A stretch of DNA of 64,000 bases from Mobula hypostoma. Taxonomy: Eukaryota. The position numbers and the translations under genes were made by a program. Location of the stretch: positions 44,392,001 to 44,456,000 of the forward strand of contig NC_086102.1 of assembly GCF_963921235.1 (NCBI RefSeq), in the 5' to 3' direction. Each line of letters starts with the position of its first letter. The stretch's first letter is position 1. Below the pieces are notes generated by a model. The model was not told the DNA's origin. It saw only the letters and a program-made list of their open reading frames with translations, and ran no database searches. Of this stretch, positions 23,601 to 36,011 are shown in pieces.

Positions 23601-26212
23601 CTAATTTTCAGTACTCTGAACCATTCAAAACTTTATTGCGGTACTAGACAAGGTTGTCCCTTGAGTCCTTTGCTTTTTGGTTTGGTCTTAGAACCTTTAG
23701 CTATTGCTTTCCGGGAATCTAATGATATCACTGGTATTTTAAGGAGGGGTATTACCCATAAAATTTCGCTTTATGCTGATGACCTTTTGCTCCACATTTC
23801 TAATGTGGAGTCTTCTTTACCTTCTCTACTTTCTTGCTTTAGTCAGTTCTCTGAATATAAACTTAACTTTCATAAGCATGAACTTTTTCCTTTGAATAAT
23901 TTGGTATTAGTTAATACTAACCCTCCTTTTAAAATTGTAAGAAATCAATTCACTTGATGGTGTGGTGGCCAGTGCTATCGTGTTTGCTGTTGTGGGCTGG
24001 GGCAGCAGGCTGAGGGTAGCAGACACCAACAGAATCAACAAACTCATTCGTAAGGCCAGTGATGTTGTGGGGATGGAACCAGACTCTCTCACGGTGGTGT
24101 CTGAAAAGAGGATGCTGTCCAAGTTGCATGCCATCTTGGACAATGTCTGCCATCCACTACATAATGGACTGGTTGGGCACAGGAGTACATTCAGCCAGAG
24201 ACTCATTCCACTGAGATACAGCACAGAGCGTCATAGGAAGTCATTCCTGCCTGTGGCCATCAAACTTTACAAATCCTCCCTTGGAGGGTCAGACACCCTG
24301 AGCTGGTCCTGGACTTATTTCATAATTTACTGGCATAATTTACATATTACTATTTAACTATTTATGGTTTTATTACTATTTATGGAGCAACTGTAATGAA
24401 AACCAGTTTCCCCCGGGATCAATAAATTATGACTATGACTACTTATTTGGGCGTAACAATTACTAGGAATTATAAATTCCTTTTTAAAGAAATTCTTTTT
24501 ACACTTCTGATTTATGTTAAGAAGGCACTATCAAATTGGTCACCCCTCTCTTTGTCGATGATTGGCCAAACTAATTCTATTAAAATGAATATTTTGCCTA
24601 AATTTTTATATTTATTTCAGGCCGTACTTGTTTTTATTCCTAAATCCTTTTTGATTCTCTGGATTCTATGATATCTTCCTATATATGGAAAAATGAAATT
24701 TCTCAATTAAATAAATTTCATCTTCAGAAAGCTAAAAAGAATGGAGGTTTAGCCTTACCCAACTTTAGGTTTTATTACTGGGCAGTCTATATATGGAATC
24801 TTACGTTTTGGTTATATTATATTAATCGGGAGGACTGTTCGGTCTGGGTTTCTTCAGAAGCTAATTCTGTTAATAAGTTTTCTATCATTTCTCTTCTCAG
24901 ATCCTCAGTTCCTTTATCTTTAAGTAATTTAAATGATAATTTTGTAGTTAAACACACCTTGAGGATTTGGGTACAATTTAGAAAATATTTTGGTTTATTG
25001 AGTTTTTCACTGTCAAGTCCCATGTTTCCTAACTTTTTTTTAAACCTTCTATGACTGATGTAGTTTTTAAAGAGTGGAATAGATTGGGTATTAAATGTTT
25101 TCAGGATTTGTTTGTTAGAGATAAAATTGTTCAATTGAAGAGAGACTAAGTATAGCCTACCCAAAACCCACTTTTTTCAGTATTTACAAATTAGAGACTT
25201 TTTGCGTTCTCAAGTACGTACATTTCCTAAAAGTCCAGATAAGAATTTACTTGTTACAATTTTCAATTTGAAACCATTCCATAATGGATCTATATCTTAT
25301 ATCTATGGTATGTTGTTGGGAATGAGAAATATTCCTTTAGGCAAAATTAAAAATCTCTGGGAACAAGATTTACAGATTCCAATTTCTGAGCATATTTAGA
25401 ATGAAATTTTTAAATTGGTCAATAGCTCATCGTTATGTGCCCATCATTCCCTTCTTCAATTTAAAGTGGTTCATAGGGCCCACATGACTAAAGATAAGCT
25501 CTCTCGTTTTTATTCGAATATATCTCCCTACTGTGATAGATGTAACAATGGAGAAGCTTTACTAATTCATATGTTTTGGACTTGTCTGAGTCTTGAAAAA
25601 TACTGGAAGTATTCCAAACTTTTTCGGTGCTTTTTAAAATAAATTTTAAACCTAATCCTTTGACTGCCTTATTTGGGATTGTTGGAGAAAATGATATTAT
25701 TTTGGAGTCACATGGTTTGCACATTTTAGCCTTTATTTCTCTAATAGCCAGGAGGGCATTGTTGCTTAAGTGAAAGGCTGCCACTCCGCCTACTCATGCT
25801 CATTGGTTACACGATGTTATGTCTTGCTTAAATTTACAGAAGATTCGCTGTTCAATTTCTGAACCTAGGCAAGATTTTTTTTAACATTGTGGGGCCCTTT
25901 TTTGAATTATTTTCAAAATCTTTGATTTGCTATTAAGCACAGATGTTGGCTAACAATATGTTTTATTATTTGATAAGGATTTTTTTCTTTCCTTTTTTCT
26001 TAAACCAAACAGCTGTTTTTTTTTCCTGGTAGTGGGTTTAGATTTTTTTTGTATAATAAAATTATCTCTTTTCAATATTATGTTTAAATTTAATGTATAT
26101 GGATATGGGGTAATGAGACTATATTTGTGATTTCAATATATTGTAATCGATATATTATATATCCTACTATACTCTATTCTTTTATGTAAGAAATCAATAA
26201 AAATATTGAAAA
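20675..26212 (+). mobile_element. Full-length, degraded L1-clade LINE with 19-bp TSD
   Basis: ORF1 coiled coil, LENRSRGNN and KIDRAHRS..PRSVI (20935-21414). ORF2 from about 22190: EN (FNVKRLNHPVK), RT (YRPISLLNVDTKIL, SLDAEKAFD, GTRQGCPLSP, YADD) and C-terminal CDRC..HMFWTC. Tail aataaaaatattgaaaaa. TSD agaagacag(a/g)atatttctg at 20656-20674 and 26213-26231. Confidence 0.95.
23956..24440 (+). mobile_element. Rex1/Babar 3' fragment nested in L1 ORF2, 4-bp TSD ACTT
   Basis: Highly similar to about 9130-9610; interrupts RNQFT|YLGVT; ACTT at 23952-23955 and 24441-24444. Confidence 0.9.
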
Positions 26213-26485
26213 AGAAGACAGGATATTTCTGAAAATTAACTGATTCAAGCGAAATGCTCAAATCAGGCCTCTGTTTCCTGCACCCTCCCCTAAACTTTCA
26301 CTGTTGACTTTGACCCTTGCTGGGTTTGGGATCCATGAACATCAACTATTATTGAAGACCATACCCCATAAGGAATTCCTTATTTGAGAATCAGGGCAGC
26401 AATAACTACAGCTTCAGTTAACCATGACTGGAGTTAACATGAAAACCGGAGTCTGACCCAAGGTGGTCCACACTCATGGTACCTA

Positions 26486-27510
26486 TAACATAGAACAGTA
26501 GAGCCCATAATGTTTTACCAATCACCATAAATCTACTCCACAAGAAAGCCAACCCTTCCCTCCTACATCACCTATAACCCTTCGTTTTTCTGACATCCAC
26601 GCACCCAACAGTCCCTTAACACTACCTCCAGCAGTGTGTTCCTCTACCTACTACTCTGTGCAAAGAGTCTACCTTTGACATCTCCCATAAGCTTTCCTGC
26701 ACTCACCTTAAGCACCTCTGCTATTGGCCATTGCCACCCTGGGAGAAAGGTGCTGCATCTGTACTTCTCATTGCCTTATACACAAGTATCAAGTCACCTC
26801 TCATCCTCTTTCACTTCAAAGAGAAAAGCCCAACCTCGCTCAACCTTTCCGCACAATACATGCTCTCTAATCCCGGCAGCATCCTGGTAAATCTCCTCTG
26901 CATCCTCTCTGAAGCGTTGACCTCCTGCTTATAGTGAGGTGACCAAAACTGAACATAATACTCCAAGTATGGTCTAACCTGATCTGTATAGAGCTGCAAC
27001 ATTACCGTATGACTCCTGACTAATGAAGGCCAACACAGCATACGCCTTCTTGCACGGAAAATCTAGGGGATCAATGATCTTGGACCCTGAGGTGCCACTG
27101 TTCTTCCACACTACTAAGAATACTGCCGTTAACCTAGTACTCCACTTTCAAGTTCAATTTTCCAAAATGCATCTACTTCCTGCTTTTCTGGACTGAACTC
27201 CATTTTCCACCCTTCAGCCCAAACTCTATATCCTGTCCATATCCCTTTGTACACCTGTGACAACTTTCCCACACCACCCACAATCTTTGTGTCATCTGCA
27301 AACTTACTAACCCAGTTCTTCATCTAAATAATTGGTAAAAATCACAAAAGAGTAGAATCCCAGAACAGATTGTTGTGTAACACCACAAAACACCAACCTC
27401 CAGACAGAATACACTTCACCTACTCCTCCCCTCTGCCTCCTGTGGGCAAGCCAGTTCTAACTTCATGCATCCAAGCTTCCCCGCATCTTGGTCTCCTCCT
27501 CTTTCCAGAC
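26486..27510 (-). mobile_element. CR1 LINE (second family), degraded 3' part
   Basis: ORFs 27129-27323 (VSKFADDTKIVG) and 26811-27041 (VRPYLEYYVQFWSPHY..QRRFTRMLPGL); acatagaac tail. Confidence 0.8.
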
Positions 27511-28979
27511 TTTTCACAATAACTAGGAATTAAATGGCTTGCAGTTTCCCTTCTTAACCCAGGGCCTCACGGCATATTTGATGGTATCATTCAGTTTGGC
27601 CCTTAAGGCATACTGCGCAGGTTAAGAGTCAGTTATAGAACGTGTAGTACAAATGCCTCATAAAGGAAGATCAGACATTCTTTATCATACACTGAATAAT
27701 CACACTGAACAATTACAGCAACTTGGATGATGAGTACATAACTTCACAAATGTTTGACACTTCCTTCTTCATTATTGGAGTTTTTGAAATGACAGGGGGC
27801 AACGAAACAGCAATTAAAGTATACTTTTCAAAATCACATTTGCTTGAGAGAAAATGATTCCTCTGGATGTCCTGCAGTTAGATTATAAACAGGAACAAGT
27901 CTGTACTTGGCTTGACCACCACAATTTTATCCATTCTACATTTGATAAATGAAACCCATAATTAACATATAGAGTGAAAAGTATTTGAAATGGCTTCAAA
28001 TAGCATTTTAGGAACCCAATTTAAAGCCTTTGTATTAGGTAACATAAAATTTCCACCCCCACCATGCATAATAGCTCGCTCAGTCACTCACTCAGAATAT
28101 ATTAAGGAAAAGTGAGAATGAAAAGAATCTAAGCAGGATGGATCCTGAATTTAATACCTGGAGTACAGGCAAGGATCAAGTTCCATTGTGGAGTCAATAA
28201 TTCCCATTAATCCAGGACGAGCATTAACAGCGGTGTGTGTTTGAGCACTGCTAAGGAATGAGACGACTTCTCAATTTTGAGGACAGAAGAGACACTATTA
28301 AGTGCCTGGGGACTGAGGTGACTGAAGAGGATCACGATGAGTCTAAACAGGTTATACATGCTCATATTTTGTACATTATAACAGTTATTACCTTCAACAC
28401 GCATTGCCAAAACAAAGAGTTAACTACTACTGTTCATATTCTGTTCCTGAACTTAAATTTTTTTTAAAGGATATCTCAAATCAAGCAATGACATGAAAGC
28501 ACAAATGCACTTCCATGCTCACACAATTCTGTGATATAGTCCCCTTTAATTCTCCCTTTGTTAAGCTATAAATATGAATAAAACTGCTTGACTGTACAAA
28601 ACACAATACACAGAAATATTTCCTGCAGCAATCCATTTATTCCAACATGCAGTCAATTCTTGGGTGACATGTTATTGCTTAAACTAACACAAAAGTCATT
28701 AATCATTCTCCATTTTCAAGACCGTTCTAAAAATTAGCGCAGGATTGATTTAAGAAACACATCAAATTCAGTATTTGAAATTACCGATGAAATAAACAAA
28801 TATATCAACCAGCATGAATTGAACAGTCAAGCACTAGAACCAGAGTCATTAAATTATCAGCAAAACTGTTGGGGGAACAGAGGTCTCTTTAGAGTTTTGT
28901 TTGGTGTGTTATTGTCACAGTTACCAAGGTACAGTGAAAAGCTTATCTTGCATTCCTTCTATATAGATCAATTCATTGT

Positions 28980-29560
28980 AAATTGGATAAGCAAAGTTGT
29001 GGATGACACCATGATTGGGGACATAGTAGACAGTGAGGAAGGCTTTCAGAGCTTGTAACGGATCTGGTCCAGCTGGAAAAAAATGGCAGATGGAACTTAA
29101 TGCAGAATAGTGTGAGGTGTTGCACCTTGGGAGTACAAACCATGGAAGGACTTGCACGCTGAGCAGTTGGGCGCTGAGGAGTGCAGGAGAAGAAAGAGTT
29201 CTGAGAATACAGATCCATAATTTCTTGAAAATGGCATCACAGGCACATGAGACGAGGCCATAAAGTGAGCTTTAGGCATAGTGAGCTTCACAAACCAGAG
29301 TATTGAGTACAAGGGTTAGCATGTTATGTTGAAGTAGTATAAGACACTGGTGAGGCCTTATTTGGAGTATTGTGTGCAATTCTGGTCAACTACACTCTGG
29401 AAAGATATCAATAAGACTGAAAGAGTGAAGAGAAAATTTACAAGGACTTGAGGACCTGAGTTATAGAGAGAGGAGGAACAGATTATGACTTTATTCCCCA
29501 GAGTGTAGGAGGATGAGGGGAAATTCGATAGAGGCATACAAAATATGCCCACTGGCACAA
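28980..29560 (+). mobile_element. CR1 LINE fragment
   Basis: ISKVVDDTMIG.. and gtgaggccttatttggagtattgtgtgcaattctggtc (VRPYLEYCVQFW). Confidence 0.8.
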
Positions 29561-29589
29561 TACCATTTCTTTGGCTCTTCACTCAACAC

Positions 29590-30630
29590 TAGAACATCTG
29601 GGCTGTAAAGATACATACATCAGGATGCACTTTATTAACTACAGCTTGGCATTCTATACTATCATCCCTTCAAAACTAATCAATAAGTTTCAAGACCTTG
29701 CCTTCAATATCTCCTTGAGAAATTGGACCCTCAATTTTCTTAATTGCAGATCTCAGTCAGTTTGGATTGGCATTAACGTCTCCTTCATAATATCCATCAT
29801 TACAGGTGCACCACCAGGCTGTGTGCTTCATCCCTGCTCTATTCACATTATACTTAAATGAGGCCAAGCATAGCTCCAATGCCATATTTAAATTTGCTGA
29901 TGACATCACGCTATTGGGCAAATCAAGGTGGTGACAAATTAGCATAAGAGAAAAATTCTAAATTTGGCTGAGTGCCACAGCAACAATCTTTCACTCAATG
30001 TCAGCAAGACCCAGGGGCTGATTAGTGAGTATATGAGGAGGAAGCCAGAGGTCCATGAGCCAGTCTTCATTAGAGGATCAACAACTTCATCTTTCTCGGT
30101 GCTATCATTTCAGAAATTCTGTCCTGGGTCTAGCACAGTGCAATTGCAGAGAAAGGATTGCAGCACCTCTACTTCCTTAAAAATTTCCAAAGATTTGGCA
30201 TGACATCTAATACTTTGACAAACTTCTATAAGCATGTGGTGGAGAGTATATAGAGTGGTTGTATCACAGAAACACAAATGACTTTGAATGGAAGATCCTA
30301 CAAAAAGTTGTGGAAACAACCAAGTCCCTCACAGATAAAGCCTTACCCACCACTGAGCACATCTACATGAAGCACTGTCATAAGGAAAGCAACATCCATC
30401 ATCAAGGCCCCTTCTCACTACACAGGCCATGCTTTTTCATGCTGCTGCTGCCATTGGGAGGGTGGTACAGGAGTCTCAACTTCAGGAAATTATAACCCCT
30501 CTAGCATCAGGCTCTTGAACCAGAGGGGATAACTTCACTCGCCCCATCACTGAATTGTTCCCATTACCTCACTTTCATAAACTCTTCATCCCATGTTCTC
30601 AATGTTTATTGTTTATTTATTTATTATTCT
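29590..30630 (+). mobile_element. Rex1/Babar-type LINE, RT to 3' UTR, degraded
   Basis: YIRMHFINYSLAFYTIIPSKL..ITGAPPGCVL, aaatttgctgatgac (KFADD), KALPTTEHIYMKHC. Confidence 0.85.
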
Positions 30631-30639
30631 TATTTCTGT

Positions 30640-31020
30640 TCAAAGTAAATTTATTATCAAAGTACATATATTTCACCATATACAACCTTAAGATTCATTT
30701 TCTTGTAGGCATACTCAATAAATCTATAGAATAATAACAGAATCAATGAAAGACTGCCCAACTTGGGCATTCAGCAAGAGTGCAGAATATAACAAACTGC
30801 ACAAATACATACATACATACATAAATAAATAAATAAATATCGAGAACATGAGATTAAGAGTCTTAGAAAGTGAGTCCATTGGTTGTGGGAGCACTTCAAT
30901 GATGGGCGAGTGAAGCTGAGTAAAGTTATCCCCTTTGGTTCAAGAGCCTGATGGTTGAGGGGTAGTAACTGTTCCTAGTTTGAGTCCTTAGACTCCTGTG
31001 CCTTCTTCCTGATGGCAGCA
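30640..31020 (-). mobile_element. Rex1-type LINE 3' tail
   Basis: caaagtaaatttattatcaaagtacatata is the reverse complement of the family tail; contains (ACAT)n(AAAT)n at about 30806-30838. Confidence 0.7.
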
Positions 31021-31029
31021 GCAAACAAT

Positions 31030-31820
31030 TCTTCGGGCAACGTTTTCCAGATAGCAAATCTCTCTAATTATTCCACTTTTTCTACACCTTCAGCTTGTTC
31101 TTTGTCTTGGTCATGTTATGGAAACTGTGACGCATAGTTTGGGACTTGATTGAAGGATCAAGTGCTCTGCTCTGTCTGGAGAGCTATCTTGTGGAGATCA
31201 GAGACTGGGGGCTGAAAAGAACCAACAACACGAACTGACTCGTGGAAAAGACCAGAGACCAGAGAAGAGGCATGGGTTCAAAGCAGCGAGGAAGATTGAA
31301 GCTTCGATGGCTCCCACTGGAGCACACTGGGGCCGGATCGACGCGATTGAACCTGATCAATGGTGTTCAGACCCGGATCAGCAGTCACTCTTTACAGAAG
31401 GACTGAGTTCATGTGGCTCCCCTCATACGCAGACAAAAGATGTTTCTGTTATTTATGTGATTATTGGACTGTACTTTATATTGGTTTCCTACAGTTTTTC
31501 AGTGCTTTCTTTCTTGTGGTCAATTGGCAGGTGGGTGATCTGTTTTTTTTTGTGTGTGTGGAGGGGGCAGGTTTAGGGGTTTTGATATTGCTGTCACTGT
31601 TCTTTTCTGTGAGGGAAGGGGTTGGGGATTGTTATTGTCGCTGTTATTTTTCTGCAGGGAGGGGTGGGGGATCTGGGGGTCTGTGAGTTTTGTTTCTTTT
31701 CTTTTTTGTACTTTTCTTTCATCAACAAGCACGGTCTTTCTGTATTTCATGTCTATTTGGAGAAGACAAATATTAGAGTTGCATTGTACAAGCATACTTT
31801 GAAATAAAATGAACCTTTGA
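31030..31820 (+). mobile_element. Non-coding LINE-derived element with a long UTR and Rex1-type tail
   Basis: Ends catactttgaaataaaatgaacctttga; G/T-rich UTR architecture similar to 47188-47926 (minus). Confidence 0.45.
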
Positions 31821-32455
31821 GAAGAGAGCATGTCCTGGGCGGTGAGAGTCCCTGATGATGAATGCTGCTTTCCTGCAACAGTGTTTCATGTAGATGTGCT
31901 CAATGGTGGGGAGGGCTCTACCAATGAATACCGTATGCAGGATTTTCTGTTCCAAGGGCATTGGTAGGTGGGTGATCTGTTACGAGGTTGTGATGCACCC
32001 AGTCAATGTACTCTCCACTAGACATGCTGAATCTTCACAAACTCTCGAGGAAGTAGAGGCACTGCCGTGCTTTCTTTGTAATTGCACTTGCATGCTGGGT
32101 CTAGGACAAGTCCTCCGAAATAATAACACAGTGGACCTTAAAGTTGCTGACCCTCTCCACCTCTGATATTCCAATGAGGACTGGCTCATGGACCTCTGGT
32201 TCCTTCTCCTGAAGTCAATAATCTCTTACTTGGTCTTGCTGACATTGAGTAAGAGGTTGTTGTTATGGTGCCACTCAGCCAGATTTTCAATCTCTCTCTC
32301 CTGTATGCCAATTCACCACCACCTTTGACTCGGCCTACAACAGTGGTGTCGTCAGCATACTTAGATATGGCATCGGAGCTGTGCTTAGCCTCATAGTCAC
32401 AAGTATAACGTGAGTAGGGCAGGGGGCTAAGCACACAGCCGTGTGGCACACCTGT
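31821..32455 (-). mobile_element. Rex1/Babar LINE fragments
   Basis: ORFs 32186-32449 (PHGCVLSPLPYS..KYADDTTVVG) and 31773-31961 (RALPTIEHIYMKHCCRKA). Confidence 0.85.
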
Positions 32456-32619
32456 GTTGTCTTTTGCACATTGGTAGTTTGTCCGTCCTGTTGGGTGCAG
32501 TCTTTCATTGATTCTATTACAATTCTTGGATTTACTCTATGCCTGCTAGTAAACAACTCATAGGATTGTTTATGATGATATATATATACTTTGAAAATAA
32601 ATTTACTTTGAATTTTGAT

Positions 32620-33545
32620 AACATAGATCAAGAGATCAGGAGTCCATCTTATTGTGCTAGGGAAACATTCAAGTCTTATAACAGCAGGATAGAAGCAGTC
32701 TTTGAGCCTGACGTTATGTGCTTTCTGTCTCCTCTATCTGTGCCCATGGTGTTGTGGAGGAAGAGCAGATAATGTCTAGAGTGGTTGGGATCTTTGATTA
32801 TGCTGGGTGATTTACTGAGACAGCAAGAAGTGTAGACAGAGTCCATGGAGGAGAGGCTGGTTTCTAGGATATGCAAGGCTGTGTACACAACTCTTCAGCT
32901 TCTTGTGGTCACGTGCAGAGCAGTTGTCATACCAACCACTGATGCATCAGGATAGGATGCTTTCTATGGTACAGCATTTAAAAATTGGTAAAGGTTAAAA
33001 GGGACATGCCAAATTTCTTTACCCTCCTGATGGTGAGCTTTCTTGGCCATGGCGTCAATGTGGCTGGACCAACAGGTGACTGGTGATGTTCAGTCCTCGG
33101 AACTTGATAGTCTCAATCCTCTCAACCTCAGCACCATTGATGTCAACAGGAGCACGTGTACCACCCCACTTCCTGAAGTCACTGACACTGAAAGAAAGCT
33201 AATTCTGATTGACACTACGTCTCAAGGCTCTAACTCCTTCCTGTATTTTGACTCATCATCATTTGAGATACGGTACACTACGGTGGTATCTTCTGCATAC
33301 TGTAAATGGACTTGGAACAGATTCTGTCAACATAGTCATAACACCAAAGGGCGTCGAGTTGGAGATTACAGACTTCTAGGGCAAAAGTGTTGAGAATCAT
33401 CATGACAGAAGCATTACTACTTATCCTAACTGATTGCAGTCTGCTGATCAGGAAGTCAAGGATCCAGGTGCAAAGGGAAAAGTTAAGTCCCAAAAGTCTC
33501 AAGAGTTTGGTGATCTGCACAGGTTTCAAGGACATGGCCAAGGTC
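32620..33545 (-). mobile_element. Rex1/Babar-type LINE (another subfamily), RT to 3' end
   Basis: ORF 33278-33550 (LGLNFSLCTWILDFL..QSVRISS); ttgcagaagataccaccg (FAEDTT, a decayed FADD); ORF 32676-32888 (LSSMDSVYTSCCL). Confidence 0.75.
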
Positions 33546-33974
33546 ACCATCCAGGCCAGATGCTTTCCGCGGGTTCACTTTCGGGAAGATGGATCTGGTG
33601 CCCATAACAGTGACTGTGGGCTCAGCTGTGTTGGTGTGTGGTGACATTCCAATCCGCTTCTGTTCAAGGTGTGCATAAACAAGTTGTGAAAGAAATCATT
33701 TTCAATAAAATTAGATTCTATTTTCCTTTTCCTCATTTCTTCCTTAGGGGAATGCAGAACCTCATGCAATTAAGATTCATTCAGCAGTCAATACTTCCCA
33801 TCGCCACAACAACGGAGCTTGACCCTGTTCCGTAACAGCAGTAGATTATGACAAATGGAAACCTAGCTGTTCACTAAATTGCCTGAGGTGAGGTCTATCC
33901 TGCAGCTAATCTAACAAAGACTGGGTTAAACTGGGGGCCATTACAGAACTGTGGAACAGATATAGCACAGGATG

Positions 33975-34110
33975 AAAATCAAAAAGATCTGCAAATGCAG
34001 GAAATCTGAAATTAAAATAGAAAATGCAAAAAAAAATACTCAGCAGGTCAGAGTATATTCTGATGAAGGATCTTTGATGTGAAGAGTCATAACTGTTGTG
34101 TTTCCACCAC
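33975..34110. mobile_element. Decayed Penelope pLTR pieces with a degenerate hammerhead
   Basis: gaaatctgaaattaaaatagaaaatgc..tactcagcaggtcag (minus piece) abuts ttctgatgaaggatctttgatgtgaagagtc (plus piece). Confidence 0.55.
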
Positions 34111-34129
34111 TTTCTACCTTAGAGGCCTT

Positions 34130-34620
34130 TCAGCCCATCTAGATTGTACCAGCCTTAGAGGCTGCTCTTTTCACGTCACCCTGCAAAATGTCTTTCTCAA
34201 TGAAATAATTGAATTCCCTTTTGAAGGCATTGACCAACTTCAATTTTAAATCGGTGTCTTGGGAATTTGCTAATAGAATACCTTCTTTCTATGTCCTTCT
34301 CTTAACCAGTCAGAATCATGTGTGCTTCTTTTCAAGTCTTCACAACTTTCTTTACTCCAGGAGAACCATCCCAGCATCTGCAGTTGGCCCTTACAATTAA
34401 AATTCCTCACCCCTGGAAAATTCTCTTCTGCACTGTCATGGCAACCTTCAAGTCCTCTCTGATGTGCTGGAAGTGACACTCCATTTTGTAGGCTAACCAG
34501 GACTGTTACAGCTCAATACCACCTCGTGGCTGTTGTAATTTTTGCCTCTTTCTTATGAATTCCAGATTCGTGTGTATTTTACTAACACCTTATTTATGCA
34601 CATATGTCCCCAGGTCCCTG
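34130..34620 (-). mobile_element. Old CR1 3' fragments
   Basis: Degenerate ttagaggcctttcagccc head; aagtgacactccattttgtaggctaacc resembles the reverse complement of VRPHLEYCVQF. Confidence 0.45.
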
Positions 34621-36011
34621 TGTTCTTGTAGACCGTTTAAGAAGTATAATTGCTTAAACCCTTCCTGAATTGCATTTGTGGTTTTGAGCCTTAATCATCA
34701 TCAAAGAACACCTGCTACTAAAGATTTGCAACATCATACAGGGAACCATTATTTCTTCTTTATTTTTAATTTTATAATATTGTAATTATATAATTTTCCC
34801 CCTCAGGAAACTTTTATTCATGGTACAGTTTTCTACTACAAACATTACAATGATATTCAGTGACCCAGAGATACTCGTAAAGACCCTAATCTCATGAATA
34901 TTCTTAAAATACCAGGGACAGCATGTCAAATCCAGAGATTCGCAAATATGCTGTCCTAGGCACAGAGATACAAGACTAGAATCCCATGTGGCTAGAGGAG
35001 TTGATACTATTTTCAGATTCTCTTCTCGGCCTCTGCTGGATGGGAATTTTCCACTGAAATATTCACATTCATATCCAATATAAAAATGTTCTTAACAAGA
35101 CAATTGGGACTACCACCAAAAGGTAGATATCTTAAAACAGAATATTTAACTAACTTTGGAGAGTTGTTAGTAACCGACTGGCCTCTGTGGCCTCATCAAC
35201 TCCCGGCTTCACTTTGTCGACAGCTGCCTCAAGTTACGTTATGACTTTGATTAAATTCAAAAGAACAGCATTTCGAGAAAGTGCTCTATGGTACTTAACA
35301 GAGCTGGGGCAGTCAGTAAATAATGAAATGGATAAAGCTGAATTATAGGACCATCAACAAAATTCTGATCAGTTTCATTTCCCTGTGCCTCTAAACCTTT
35401 TAATCCTCTTTATGAATCAATAATTCCTATTTGAAAGATCCACTAAACAAATTCTTAGAGCTACTCTTTGGACATTTGTACCAGGTATCGTTACCAGATG
35501 GAGACCTTTGGTTAAAAGTCACCACAGAGTCACAAATGGAAGTGCCTGGATGGGTCCAGCTCCAACATCTCTCAAGCAGTTTCCCACCAACTAGAAACAA
35601 GGAGCCCAGTGAATTGGCAGCCCATCCACCAGTCTAAGCATTCAGTCCTTCTGCCATGACAGCGTCCTGTGTACCAGTTACAACTTGGACCTTGGCAACT
35701 GTCACAGCATCCTCCAAACCAATGACATCTACCACTGGTAGATGGAACTTGCAGGTTTCCCTCCAAGTAGCCCACTTTCCTGAATGGGAAAATACATGTC
35801 CTGTAGTTTTTAGTAGATCATTGTGTTGAAATGCTGGACCTTCCTATGCTACAGCACTGAGAGAATACCTTCACAAGATGGACAGCTGTGGTTCAAGGTA
35901 TTTAAGGATAGATCATTTTATGTTCAGGCACTTGTACTGAAAAATGAGTAAATTATAAAACTTTTGAAAACTTAAAAAATCATTAATTATTCTCTATTAA
36001 TAATGCTTTGG

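Noticed and set aside
33748-33887. Plus-strand exon-like segment (long pyrimidine tract-AG ... GAG|GTGAGG)
   Set aside because: Stops in all three frames and no partner exons; splice-like motifs are common by chance. An antisense lncRNA exon cannot be excluded.
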